The notes below the pieces were generated by a model. That model had not been told where the DNA came from, did not search any database, and saw only the letters and a program-made list of their open reading frames with translations. 64,000 nucleotides of DNA, taken from contig DASSJF010000038.1 of the NCBI GenBank assembly GCA_035691305.1, positions 3,312 to 67,311 on the forward strand, in the 5' to 3' direction. The stretch comes from a bacterium. GTDB lineage: Bacteria; Sysuimicrobiota; Sysuimicrobiia; Sysuimicrobiales; Segetimicrobiaceae. Made by a program: the position numbers and the translations under genes. This document shows positions 48,542 through 58,038 of the stretch, in pieces. Every line of letters starts with the position of its first letter. Position 1 is the stretch's first letter.

Positions 48542-49027
48542 TTACGTAGGTTGGGTGCCGCGCACGAGGGTCACCTGACCCGTCCGGACCATCTCGCGCA
48601 CGCCGTACTTCGAAAGCAGTTGGAGAATCGCGTCGATCTTGTCGGACCGGCCCGTGACCTCGAGCGTCATCGTCTTTTCCGTCAGGTCGACGACGCTCGC
48701 GCGGAATACGTTGCTGATCTCCATGATCTCCATCCGCGTCTGCGGGGTCGCGTTGAGCTTGATCAGCGCGAGCTCGCGGTCGACGGTGTTGAAACCGGTG
48801 ACGTCGTTGACCTTGATCGTCTCGATCACCTTGTTGAGCTGCTTGATGATCTGCTCGAGAATCTCCGGCTCGCCCTCGACGACGATGATCATCCGCGACA
48901 CGGTGGGCTGCTCGGTCACGCCGACAGCCAGGCTGTGGATGTTGTAGCCGCGGCGGCGGAACAGGCCGGCAACCTTCATCAGCACGCCCGGCGCGTTGTC
49001 CACCAGCACGGAGATGGTGTGCTTCAT
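48542..49027 (-). CDS. ilvN: Acetolactate synthase small (regulatory) subunit
   Basis: ORF 48542..49090 trimmed to Met-22 ([35 protein letters not shown]...), ACT domain. Confidence 0.85.
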   Translation of the reverse strand: MKHTISVLVDNAPGVLMKVAGLFRRRGYNIHSLAVGVTEQPTVSRMIIVVEGEPEILEQIIKQLNKVIETIKVNDVTGFNTVDRELALIKLNATPQTRMEIMEISNVFRASVVDLTEKTMTLEVTGRSDKIDAILQLLSKYGVREMVRTGQVTLVRGTQPT

Positions 49028-49064
49028 CGGGCGCTGCGTCCGCGGCGCGGTCTCGTTGAGGGCC

Positions 49065-50807
49065 TCAGTCGCGGATGCGATCATCTTCAACGATCATCTC
49101 CTTGATCGACTGGCCCGACGGGATCATCGGGTAGCAGTTCTCGTCCGGATCGCAGAAGATGTCGACCACGCACGGCCGGTCCGTGACCTCGAGCGAGCGG
49201 CGCACCGCGGGCCCGACCTCGTCCGGCCGCCGGACGCTGATGCCCACCGCCCCGAACGCATCCGCCACCTTGGCGAAGTCCGGGTTTTTGAGGAAGACGT
49301 GCGAGTACCGCTCCCGATAGAACAGTTGCTGCCACTGCCGGACCATGCCGAGCGACCCGTTGTTGATGATGTAGACCTTGATCGGCAGGCCCCACTCCAC
49401 GGCCGTCGCGAGGTCCTGCATCGTCATCTGGTAGCCGCCGTCGCCGACGATCGCGCACACCAGCGCGTTCGGCCTGCCGATCTGGGCGCCGAGCGCCGCC
49501 GGGAAGCCGAAGCCCATCGTCCCGAGACCGCCGGAGCTGACCCAGGTACGCGGCTCCGTCGTGAGGTAGAACTGCGCCGCCCACATCTGGTGCTGGCCGA
49601 CGTCGGTCGCGACGATCGCCTTCCCCTCGGTGATCTTGTAGATCTCCGCGATCGCGAACTGCGGCTTGATCCCGTCGCCGTTCTGCCGGTAGCGCAGCGG
49701 GAAACGCGCCTTCCACTCCGCGAGCTGCGCGTGCCAGGGCTCGCACGCCGGCGCCGTAACCTGCGCCGCCAGCACCCGCAGCGACTCGCGGGCGTCACCG
49801 ACGATCGGCACCGCCGCCGGTTTGATCTTGCCGATCTCCGCCGGGTCGACGTCGACGTGGATGAACTTGGCGTGCGGCGCGAAGTCCTTCACGCGCCCGG
49901 TCACGCGGTCGTCGAAGCGCACGCCGACGGCGAGGACGACGTCCGCCGTGTTGATCGCGTGGTTCGCGTACGCCGTGCCGTGCATGCCGAGCATGCCGAG
50001 CGACAGCGGGTCCGTCTCGGGAAAGCCGCCCTTGCCCATCAGCGTCGTCGTGACCGGGATGCGCGTCTGGCGCGCGAGCGTGGTCAGCTCCGCGGCTCCG
50101 TTCGCGGTGATGACGCCGCCGCCGGCGTAGATGAGGGGACGTGAGGCGCCGGAGAGCAGCGCGGCCGCCGCCGCGATCTGGTTCGGGCTCGGCACGGCCG
50201 GCGGGATCTTCCCGCTGCGCAGCGTCACCTGTTCAGGAAATTCGAAGTCGTGCTCCGCCGCGGCGATGTCGCGCGGGATGTCGACAAGGACCGGACCCGG
50301 CCGGCCGCTGCCGGCGATCAGGAACGCCTGCAGCACGAGGCGCGGAAGCTCGTCCGGCTTCTGCACGATGCAGTTGTGCTTGGTGACCGGCATCGTGATG
50401 CCCGTCACGTCGGCTTCCTGGAACGCGTCGCGGCCGATCGCGAGCGTGCTGACTTGGCCGGTAATCGCGACGATCCCGGCGGAGTCCATCATCGCGTCGG
50501 TGATGCCGGTGATCAGGTTCGTCGCGCCCGGGCCCGACGTCGCCATGCACACGCCGACTTTGCCGGTGACGCGGTGGTACCCGGTCGCCGCGTGCGCCGC
50601 CACCTGCTCGTGGCGGACGAGGACATGGCGGATGCCCCGCGCGTCGTACAGCGCGTCGTAGAGCGGGAGCGCGGCGCCGCCCGGATGGCCGAAGATGACC
50701 TCGACGCCGGCCCGGTGCAGGCATTCGATCAGCGCCTGCGATCCCAGCATGCGTTTCACCGTGGTCGCCGGCCCCGGCTTCACCGTAGACGTCGTCTGAC
50801 GCGTCAT
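49065..50807 (-). CDS. ilvB: Acetolactate synthase large (catalytic) subunit
   Basis: ORF 49065..50894 trimmed to Met-30 ([13 protein letters not shown]...). ThDP- and FAD-binding blocks. The first 29 codons of the ORF fall within the T-box terminator, so they are not coding. Confidence 0.9.
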   Translation of the reverse strand: MTRQTTSTVKPGPATTVKRMLGSQALIECLHRAGVEVIFGHPGGAALPLYDALYDARGIRHVLVRHEQVAAHAATGYHRVTGKVGVCMATSGPGATNLITGITDAMMDSAGIVAITGQVSTLAIGRDAFQEADVTGITMPVTKHNCIVQKPDELPRLVLQAFLIAGSGRPGPVLVDIPRDIAAAEHDFEFPEQVTLRSGKIPPAVPSPNQIAAAAALLSGASRPLIYAGGGVITANGAAELTTLARQTRIPVTTTLMGKGGFPETDPLSLGMLGMHGTAYANHAINTADVVLAVGVRFDDRVTGRVKDFAPHAKFIHVDVDPAEIGKIKPAAVPIVGDARESLRVLAAQVTAPACEPWHAQLAEWKARFPLRYRQNGDGIKPQFAIAEIYKITEGKAIVATDVGQHQMWAAQFYLTTEPRTWVSSGGLGTMGFGFPAALGAQIGRPNALVCAIVGDGGYQMTMQDLATAVEWGLPIKVYIINNGSLGMVRQWQQLFYRERYSHVFLKNPDFAKVADAFGAVGISVRRPDEVGPAVRRSLEVTDRPCVVDIFCDPDENCYPMIPSGQSIKEMIVEDDRIRD

Positions 50808-51141
50808 CTCACTGTTCCTCCCTCGAATAACGCTGCCGGCCAAAAACAAAAACCGCGGGATGCCATCTAAGGACGGGGCTTCCCGCGGTACCACCTTAGT
50901 TCCATCCGGCCGGAGGCGGCTCGAACGGCACTCTGCCCGGTTACGGCGGGGGCCGGCGGATGCTACTCGGCTGTCGCCCTTGCGGGGACTGGCCGGCGGG
51001 ATACGGCCGGCGTCGCCTTTGGTTCCGCAGCTCGGAGGTGAGCGGTCACGGTTCCGGATGCTGGCTCACACCTGACCCAGCTCTCTCGGAATCCGGGCTA
51101 CCGCGGCCCGGCCTCCTCATCGCCTGTATGCGAGAACTTGT
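50808..51141 (-). promoter_or_regulatory. T-box riboswitch leader of the ilvBNC-leuA-cimA-leuB operon
   Basis: Minus-strand leader of about 330 nt. It contains the conserved T-box sequence AAGGUGGUACCGCGGGAAG (complement of about 50879-50897), with the UGGU bulge matching a tRNA with discriminator A. Stem-I features include an AGAGAG motif and nested helices (GGAGG...CCUCC, CCGGAU...AUCCGG, GCUGG...CCAGC). Candidate specifier is CUC-A (Leu), with GUG-A (Val) as an alternative. Confidence 0.75.
50841..50888 (-). terminator. Intrinsic terminator of the T-box leader (CCGCGGGA...UCCCGCGG hairpin plus UUUUUGUUUUUG)
   Basis: Minus-strand RNA: CCGCGGGAAGCCCCGUCCUUAGAUGGCAUCCCGCGG then UUUUUGUUUUUGG, about 35 nt before the ilvB ATG; the 5' half overlaps the T-box antiterminator sequence. 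Confidence 0.75.
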
Positions 51142-51147
51142 CAAGTG

Positions 51148-51176
51148 ACTCTATCAAACCACCGGTACCCTGTCAA
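51148..51176 (-). promoter_or_regulatory. Sigma-70-type promoter of the ilv-leu T-box leader: TTGACA-17-TAGAGT
   Basis: Minus strand: -35 TTGACA (complement of 51171-51176), 17-nt spacer, -10 TAGAGT (complement of 51148-51153). Divergent from the LuxR-family gene. Confidence 0.5.
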
Positions 51177-51246
51177 GGAACCGGCCTGGCTCCGCCGAAC
51201 GTGCCCTCCCACCGGGCCGCCGACCGGCCCGGCCGGGGGTCGGCGC

Positions 51247-53586
51247 ATGGCCCGCGCGCACCACGTGGTTCCCAACAACCTGTCCGCCTCATTAACGAGT
51301 TTTGTCGGCCGCGAGCGCGAGATCAGTGAAGTGCGGCGGCTCCTCTCCGGCACGCGCCTCCTTACCCTAACCGGAGCAGGAGGATGCGGCAAGTCACGAC
51401 TGGCCTATGAGGTCGCACGGACTCAGCTCGAGGACTTTCGCGACGGCGTATGGCTCGTCGAATTGGCCGGCCTTTCCGAAGCGGCCCTGGTCCCCCATGC
51501 AGCGGCGTCGGCGCTCGGGGTGACCGAGCGCGTCACCCAGGCGGTTACGGATGTGATCGCCCGGGCGCTTCGAGACAAATTGCTGCTGCTGGTTCTCGAC
51601 AATTGCGAACATGTGTTGAGTGCGTGTACCGACCTCTCGGCGGCGTTGCTGCGAGAATGTTCCCGGCTGCGCATCCTCGCCACGAGCCGCGAGCCGGTCG
51701 GGGTACCGGGTGAAACCGTTTGGCGCGTACCCTCGCTCGCGGTTCCGGACCCGCTTCACTTGCCGTCTGCGGATGACCTCATACGGTTCGAGGCGGTGCG
51801 GCTCTTCGTGGAGCGCGCCGCGGCGGTTCGGCCCGGCTTCGGTGTCATGGACGACAACGCCCGCGCGCTCGCGCAGATCTGTCATCGTTTGGACGGGATT
51901 CCGTTGGCGATCGAACTAGCGGCTGCGCGGGTGCGGGCACTCTCGGCTGAGCAGATCGCGGCCCGCCTCGACGATCGGTTCAGTCTGCTGACGAGCGGCA
52001 GCCGGACGGCGCTTCCGAGGCACCGTACCCTGCGCGCCGCGATGGACTGGAGCTACGACCTTCTGACCGAGCGGGAACGGGCGCTGCTCGGCCGGCTGTC
52101 GGTGTTCGCCGGCGGATGGACGCTCGAGGCCGCTGAGGCGGTGTGCGCCGACGACGGGATCCAGCCGGCGGAGATCCTGGATCTGTTGGCCTCTCTGGTC
52201 GATAAATCGCTTGTGCTCGCGGACATCCAAAGCGGCGCGGCGCGTTACGCCCTGCTTGAAACGGTACGGCAGTATGCCGGCGAACGCTTGGACGATACGG
52301 ACTCCGCGGAACCCATCCGGCGACGCCACCGCGATTGGTGTCTCACGACGGCCGAGCAGGGCAGCGTGGAGCTGGACGGAGCGCAGCACACGGCATGGCT
52401 GGACCGCAGCGACGCCGAGTACGACAACATGCGGGCCGCCCTCGAATGGAGCCGTGGGCGCGCCGCAGAAGTGGAGCGCGGTTTGCAGCTGGCGGTGCAC
52501 CTCCAGCGCTACTGGGAGCTGCGCGCCTATTACGCCGAAGCGCGGGCGTGGCTGGAGAGCATGATCGCGGCCGGGGAGAGCGCGACGCCGCGGGTGCGGG
52601 CCCGGGCCCTCAATACCGCCGGCATCCTGGCCTATCGTCAGGGGGACTATGCGCGCACCACGACCCTCTGCTCGACCGCCCTGTCGCTTGCGAAGCAGCA
52701 CGACGACGCATATGCAGCCGCCCAGTCCCTTCATTTCCTTGCGCACGTTCGTCAGAGCGCCGGCGATTACGATGAAGCGGCTCGGATGATGCAACGCAGC
52801 GTGGCGCTGTATGAAGAGGTCCACCATCGCGGCGGGTTGGCCAACTCCATCGACTGCCTCGGCGAGATCGCGCGCAGCAGGGGGGAGTACGACCACGCCG
52901 AGGTTTTGACGCGGCGTGCGATGGCGCTCTACGACGAAATCGGCGACCACCGCGGTCATGCGCATCTCCTCCACAACCTCGGGCACATCAGGCTCCATCA
53001 GGGCAGGATCACCGAGGCGCGCGACCTTCTGCGTGAAAGCCTGTTGAGCGCGAAGAACCTGAGGAGTCCTCGAGACGTTATCATGGCCGTTGCCGGGCTC
53101 GCGGCGGTGTCGCGAGACGCGCAGGCCGGACGATCGGCGCGGCTCACAGGCGCGGTGAGCAGCCTACTCGACGCCGCCGGCCTCTACCTCGAGCCGGCAG
53201 AACGTGCGGAGTTCGAGGAGACGACGGCATCGCTACGCGCCCGCCTCGGGGATCACGCCTTCACCGCCGCGCGCGACGCCGGACGGGCCATGACCGCCGA
53301 CGAAGCCGTCGCGGAAGCGTTCGCCATGTCCGCGACGCCGGTCGGGCGGAGCGAGAGCGCCCGCCGGCGAGATGTCTCCGGGCTCCCGCTGAGCGCCCGC
53401 GAGCGCGAAGTCGCGGCGCTTGTTGCCCGAGGCCTGCCCAACCGACAGATCGCATCGCGCCTCGTGATCGCCGAACGCACCGCCGAAGGCCACGTGCAGA
53501 GCATCCTCAATAAGCTGGGCTTCAGCTCACGCGCCCAGATCGCCGCGTGGGCGGTTGAGCACGGGCTCCGGATCCCGTCGGGCTGA
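51247..53586 (+). CDS. STAND-type ATPase (NB-ARC/AAA) - TPR - LuxR-family HTH transcriptional regulator
   Basis: ORF 51145..53586 trimmed to first Met, ATG 51247 (MARAHHVVPNNLSASLTSFVGREREISEVRRLL...). Walker A GAGGCGKSRLA; middle helical repeats (..YDEA..AL.LY..); C-terminal LuxR HTH (LSAREREVAALVARGLPNRQIASRLVIAERTAEGHVQSILNKLG). Confidence 0.85.
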   Translation: MARAHHVVPNNLSASLTSFVGREREISEVRRLLSGTRLLTLTGAGGCGKSRLAYEVARTQLEDFRDGVWLVELAGLSEAALVPHAAASALGVTERVTQAVTDVIARALRDKLLLLVLDNCEHVLSACTDLSAALLRECSRLRILATSREPVGVPGETVWRVPSLAVPDPLHLPSADDLIRFEAVRLFVERAAAVRPGFGVMDDNARALAQICHRLDGIPLAIELAAARVRALSAEQIAARLDDRFSLLTSGSRTALPRHRTLRAAMDWSYDLLTERERALLGRLSVFAGGWTLEAAEAVCADDGIQPAEILDLLASLVDKSLVLADIQSGAARYALLETVRQYAGERLDDTDSAEPIRRRHRDWCLTTAEQGSVELDGAQHTAWLDRSDAEYDNMRAALEWSRGRAAEVERGLQLAVHLQRYWELRAYYAEARAWLESMIAAGESATPRVRARALNTAGILAYRQGDYARTTTLCSTALSLAKQHDDAYAAAQSLHFLAHVRQSAGDYDEAARMMQRSVALYEEVHHRGGLANSIDCLGEIARSRGEYDHAEVLTRRAMALYDEIGDHRGHAHLLHNLGHIRLHQGRITEARDLLRESLLSAKNLRSPRDVIMAVAGLAAVSRDAQAGRSARLTGAVSSLLDAAGLYLEPAERAEFEETTASLRARLGDHAFTAARDAGRAMTADEAVAEAFAMSATPVGRSESARRRDVSGLPLSAREREVAALVARGLPNRQIASRLVIAERTAEGHVQSILNKLGFSSRAQIAAWAVEHGLRIPSG

Positions 53587-53875
53587 CCGCCGCAGACCTC
53601 CGGACGGTACCCGCGCGCAAAGGACAGGTACCGGCACGACCTCAAACAGGTATTTCTCCCGGTGACCTAACCCCCGGCGCCGCGCTATCCTGAACCCGCC
53701 CCAACGAGGCAATCCGCGACGCGGAGGGAGGGGATTGACGCCGGGCGGCCGAGCGCCCACCGTGCAAGGGCCGGGGCTCGGCGGCCGCGAACCGTCGATG
53801 ACCGGCCGAAAGCAGGAACGCCGGTTCGTCCAGATTTCCTGTACGATAGACATCAAGCATACGGAGGTGCTGAAG

Positions 53876-54535
53876 ATGACGCTTCGGCTTGGCGATACGG
53901 CCCCCGATTTCGAGGCCGAGACGACTGAGGGCCGGATTCGGTTTCACGACTGGATCGGCGGCGGGTGGGCGGTGCTGTTCTCCCACCCGAAGGACTTTAC
54001 GCCGGTCTGCACCACCGAACTCGGTTACATGGCCAAGATCAAGCCGGAATTCGACCGGCGCAACACCAAGATCATCGGACTCAGCGTCGATCCCGTGGGC
54101 AACCACTCCAAGTGGGCCAACGATATCAGAGAGACGCAGGGGCACGCGCCGAACTATCCGATGATCGGGGACACCGAGCTCAAGGTCTCTAAACTATACG
54201 AGATGCTGCCGGCCGACCTCGAAGGGTCGTGCGACGGCCGCACCGCCGCCGACAACCAGACCGTGCGCACAGTCTACGTGATCGGGCCGGACAAGAAGAT
54301 CAAGCTGACGATCGCGTACCCGATGAGCACCGGCCGGAACTTCGACGAGGTACTGCGGGTGATCGATTCGCTCCAGCTCACGGCGAAGCACAAAGTTTCG
54401 ACGCCGGTCAATTGGAAACGCGGCGACGACGTGATCATCTCCGGATCCGTCTCGGACGACGAGGCCAAGAAGACCTATCCCAACGGTTGGAAGGCGCCGC
54501 GACCCTACATCCGGATCGTCCCGCAGCCCGAATGA
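53876..54535 (+). CDS. 1-Cys peroxiredoxin (Prx6-like)
   Basis: ORF 53735..54535 trimmed to ATG 53876 with GGAGGTG RBS: MTLRLGDTAPDFEAETTEGRIRFHDW..., peroxidatic Cys in FTPVCTTE. Confidence 0.9.
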   Translation: MTLRLGDTAPDFEAETTEGRIRFHDWIGGGWAVLFSHPKDFTPVCTTELGYMAKIKPEFDRRNTKIIGLSVDPVGNHSKWANDIRETQGHAPNYPMIGDTELKVSKLYEMLPADLEGSCDGRTAADNQTVRTVYVIGPDKKIKLTIAYPMSTGRNFDEVLRVIDSLQLTAKHKVSTPVNWKRGDDVIISGSVSDDEAKKTYPNGWKAPRPYIRIVPQPE

Positions 54536-55965
54536 TCCTCAAACAGTATTATCTCGGCTGCCTCGCGCACGCGTCCTACCTCGTGGCCGACGAGGAAAGC
54601 CGCGCCGCGGCGGTGATCGATCCGCAGCGAGATATCGATCAATATCTCGAGGACGCCGGGCGGCTTGGGCTCGCGATCCGGCACGTCGTGCTGACGCACT
54701 TCCACGCCGACTTTCTTGCCGGGCACCTCGAGCTGCGGGACCGGACCGGCGCCGCGATCTATCTGGGCCGGCGGGCCAAGGCCGAATACACCTTCACGCC
54801 GCTCGGCGACGGCGACACCGTCTCGCTTGGGGGGGCGCGCCTCTCGGCGCTCGAGACGCCCGGGCACTCGCCCGAATCGATCTGCCTCCTTGTGTTCGAC
54901 CTCAAGAAGGACGCCGTGCGGCCGCAGGCGGTGCTGACGGGCGACACGCTGTTCATCGGCGAGGTCGGGCGGCCGGACCTGCGCGCCGCGCTCGGCTGGT
55001 CGGCGGAGGAGCTCGCCGGCATGCTCTACGACTCGCTGCACACGAAGCTTCTCCCGCTGCCGGACGACACGCTCGTATACCCGACACACGGCGCCGGCTC
55101 GCTCTGCGGCCGCAATATCAGCAAGGACACCGTCTCAACCATCGGCACGCAGCGTCGATACAACTACGCGCTGCAGCCAATGAACCGGGAAGACTTCATC
55201 AAGATCATCACCGCCGATCAGCCCGATGCGCCCGCGTATTTCACCTACGACGCCGTCCTCAACACGAAGGAACGGCCGATTCTGGACCAATCGCTGTCGC
55301 GGGGGCTCCGGCCGCTGACGCTGGGCTCGCTGTTGACACTCTGCGGCGAGGGCGGCCAGCTGCTCGACGCCCGCGAGCCGACCGATTACTGGGGCGCCCA
55401 CCTCTCCGACAGCATCAACATCCCGCTCGGCGGGCAGTACGCGACCTGGGCCGGCACTCTGCTCGACCGCCAGCGCCCGATCGCGATCGTCGCGCCGCGG
55501 GAACGGGAGCGGGAGGCGGCGATACGCCTCGGGCGGATCGGGTTCGACCACGTCGCCGGCTATCTCGAGAACGGCATGGAGGCCGTCGCGGCGCGGGATG
55601 ATCTCGTCCGCACCCGGCCCCGGATGACGGCACAGGCCCTGGCCGAGTTGTTGGCCTCTCCGACCCCACCCGTCGTCCTCGACGTGCGCGCGGACGCGGA
55701 GCGGAGACAAGGCCGCATCGCCGGCAGCATGCACATCCCGCTCCAGCATCTCCTGGAGCGGCTGGACGAGGTGCCGCTCGGTCCGCGCACCGTCGTCGTC
55801 CACTGTGCGAGCGCCTACCGCTCCTCGATCGCCGCCAGCATCTTGGAGCAGCACGGGGTTCAGGAAGTCGCTGACCTCGCCGGCGGCTTCACCGCGTGGA
55901 TCGCCTCGGGCCTTCCCACGGTCTCCGGCGACGCACCCGCGGAGTCGCAGCCGTCTCCGAGCTAG
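54532..55965 (+). CDS. MBL-fold persulfide dioxygenase-like domain fused to rhodanese sulfurtransferase (CstB-like)
   Basis: ORF 54229..55965 trimmed to ATG 54532-54534, overlapping the prx TGA (ATGA). N-terminal metallo-beta-lactamase (HxHxDH as THFHADF), central domain, C-terminal rhodanese with the active-site loop VHCASAYRS. Confidence 0.85.
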   Translation: MILKQYYLGCLAHASYLVADEESRAAAVIDPQRDIDQYLEDAGRLGLAIRHVVLTHFHADFLAGHLELRDRTGAAIYLGRRAKAEYTFTPLGDGDTVSLGGARLSALETPGHSPESICLLVFDLKKDAVRPQAVLTGDTLFIGEVGRPDLRAALGWSAEELAGMLYDSLHTKLLPLPDDTLVYPTHGAGSLCGRNISKDTVSTIGTQRRYNYALQPMNREDFIKIITADQPDAPAYFTYDAVLNTKERPILDQSLSRGLRPLTLGSLLTLCGEGGQLLDAREPTDYWGAHLSDSINIPLGGQYATWAGTLLDRQRPIAIVAPREREREAAIRLGRIGFDHVAGYLENGMEAVAARDDLVRTRPRMTAQALAELLASPTPPVVLDVRADAERRQGRIAGSMHIPLQHLLERLDEVPLGPRTVVVHCASAYRSSIAASILEQHGVQEVADLAGGFTAWIASGLPTVSGDAPAESQPSPS

Positions 55966-55978
55966 ACGCCATACCCTG

Positions 55979-56722
55979 ATGAAGGGCTGGCGCCGGGACC
56001 CCGAGCATGCGGAGGTTCGCGTCCTGCGGCGCCGGGTGCGGCTCGATGACGCGCGCGTCCTGGACGTGGGGTGCGGCGACGGACGGCTGACGCGCCGCGT
56101 CGCCGGCGCGGCGCGGACCGTCGTAGGCATCGACCCAAACGGCGCGGCCCTCGACCGAGCCCGCGCGCTGACTCCCCGACGGTTGAGCCGAAAGATTGAA
56201 TACCGCCTGGGGACGGCCGAGCATCCGGGGATCTCACGCCGCCGCTTCGATGTCGCGATCTTTTCCGGATCGTTGTGATGAGTGCCCCGCGAGGGCATGG
56301 TTCATGCCCTGACGGCTGCCCGGCGCCTGCTCCGGCCGCACGGCATGCTGGTCGATCTGCGCAGCGATCGGTTCGCGCACGTCCGGGCGCGGCACGACCA
56401 AGTCTACTGCCTGGCGGGTAGACGGCGCTTCCACGCGGGTCCGCTGAAGATCAACCGGCCTCTCGCGGATTTCCGCGCCGCCGACCGGGCGATCAGGGAA
56501 GTCGTGCGCCGCGGCTTATTCCGGCACACGGCCTCCGACTTCTTCGAAATCCGCTCCTACGCCGCCGGCCCCGCGGAGCTAGAGCGATACGCGATCACGA
56601 ATCCGTATGCGACCGTGGATGCGACGACGCTCCGGCGGCTGCGCAACCTGCTTCGGCGCCACCCCGGCGCCCGAATTCTCGTGGTCACCCTATCGCGGTT
56701 GACCGTCTTGGAGAAAGCCTGA
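55979..56722 (+). pseudogene. Class I SAM-dependent methyltransferase interrupted by two consecutive in-frame stops (TGA TGA at 56276-56281)
   Basis: ATG 55979 (MKGWRRDPEHAEV...VLDVGCGDGRLTRRVAGAARTVVGIDPNGAALDRA...FDVAIFSGSL), then TGATGA, then the same frame continues VPREGMVHALTAARRLLRPHGMLVDL... (ORF 56282..56722). Together they form one Rossmann MTase domain (motif I GCGDG, post-II FD, motif III RLLRPHG); only two codons are replaced by stops. Confidence 0.5.
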
Positions 56723-56725
56723 GGA

Positions 56726-57133
56726 CTACCGTCCGAGCATGCCGGTCATGTACGCCCGGCCGACCAAGCTCCCGAGAAAGAGGACGAGCAGCACCATCCA
56801 GCGCGACTCGCGGTAGGTCCGCTCGTTCAACGATGCGCGCAGCGCGCCGCCCGGCCTCAGCACGAACAACGCCAGCAGCGTCAGCACGATCAGCGCGTCG
56901 TACATGAGATGGTACGGCGTGCGTGGCCGCGCCCCGCCGGCGAAGAGCGCCATGCCCGCGAGCGCCATAATCGCGAGGGGCACCTGCGCCAGCCAGAGAA
57001 TCCACCAGAACAGTTGCGGCATCCGGAATCGCCCCGTCAGATCGCCGAAGAACGCGAACAGAAAGCACAGGGCGTCTCCGGCCAGTGTGAGACTCAGGAG
57101 CAACGTCGACCCGTGCCACGCGGCTATTGTCAT
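56726..57133 (-). CDS. Hypothetical small membrane protein (4 TM)
   Basis: ORF 56726..57250 trimmed to ATG 57131-57133 (MTIAAWHGSTLLLSLTLAG...), hydrophobic throughout; no family recognised. Confidence 0.4.
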   Translation of the reverse strand: MTIAAWHGSTLLLSLTLAGDALCFLFAFFGDLTGRFRMPQLFWWILWLAQVPLAIMALAGMALFAGGARPRTPYHLMYDALIVLTLLALFVLRPGGALRASLNERTYRESRWMVLLVLFLGSLVGRAYMTGMLGR

Positions 57134-57204
57134 GGGCCGGTGATTCGCGCGGCGGCGACGCGCTCCTCCCCCACCTGCCGACGTGGGAGAGAGCCGCCGG
57201 AGGG

Positions 57205-57990
57205 ATGCGTGTGTGCAACGAAACCGACGCGAAGAAGGCCGTGCAGTCACAATTCGGGCGCCAGGCTGAATGGTACACGGTCAGCCGGCGTCACGAGCAG
57301 TCGCCGGGGCTCGACATCCTGAAGCGCCTCGCCGCGCCCTCTCCCGCCGACCGGGTCTTGGACGTCGCGACGGGGACCGGGTTCACGGCGTTCGCGATGG
57401 CCGAACGCTCCCGGAGCGTCGTGGCCCTCGACTTCACGGCGGGCATGGTGCGCGAGGCACGGAGCCTGCGCGACCAACGAGGCCTGACCAACGTGACATT
57501 CTGCCTCGGTGACGCAGAGGCGATGCCGTTTCGGAGCGGCGCCTTCGACCTGGTCGTGTGCCGTTACGCGTCCCACCACTTCCCCGACGCGGCCCGCGCA
57601 ATCGCCGAGATGGTTCGGGTCGCCCGGACGGGCGGCCGCGTGGTCGTCGAGGACACGTGCGCGCCCGAGGACCCGGCGCTCGACGATTTGATGAACCGCT
57701 GGGAAGTAACGCGCGACAACTCTCATGTGCGCAATATCCCGCCGAGCCGGCTGCGCGCGCTCCTCGAGGCGGCCGGGCTCGACGTCCGCGCCGCCGAGCG
57801 GACGGCGATCCCCCAGCACTTCAACGAGTGGGCGCGACGCGGCGGCATGAGCGAGGCGGGCGCCGCGGCGCTGCGGACCGAGTTCGTGAACGCGGGCCCG
57901 AAGGCCCGCGCGGAGTTTCAGATACGGCCCGAGGACGGCGACCTCGCGTTTTCGTGGGGCGAGGCCGTCGTCCTCGGGGTCAAGCGTTAA
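57205..57990 (+). CDS. Class I SAM-dependent methyltransferase (UbiE/COQ5-like, Methyltransf_11)
   Basis: ORF 57127..57990 trimmed to Met-27 (MRVCNETDAKKAVQSQFGRQAEWY...). Motif I VLDVATGTGF, motif post-I VVALDFT, FDLVVCRYASHHF, RVARTGGRVVVED. Confidence 0.8.
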   Translation: MRVCNETDAKKAVQSQFGRQAEWYTVSRRHEQSPGLDILKRLAAPSPADRVLDVATGTGFTAFAMAERSRSVVALDFTAGMVREARSLRDQRGLTNVTFCLGDAEAMPFRSGAFDLVVCRYASHHFPDAARAIAEMVRVARTGGRVVVEDTCAPEDPALDDLMNRWEVTRDNSHVRNIPPSRLRALLEAAGLDVRAAERTAIPQHFNEWARRGGMSEAGAAALRTEFVNAGPKARAEFQIRPEDGDLAFSWGEAVVLGVKR

Positions 57991-58038
57991 TTCCATGGCG
58001 GCCGGCCGCGGGCCGGCGGCACTGACCGCGCCGGGGCG

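Noticed and set aside
53610-53642. Inverted repeat CGGTACC-18 nt-GGTACCG after the LuxR-family gene as a terminator
   Set aside because: The loop is too long and there is no U-tract. It is more likely a protein-binding site (mentioned under the prx finding) than a terminator, so it is not listed as a feature.
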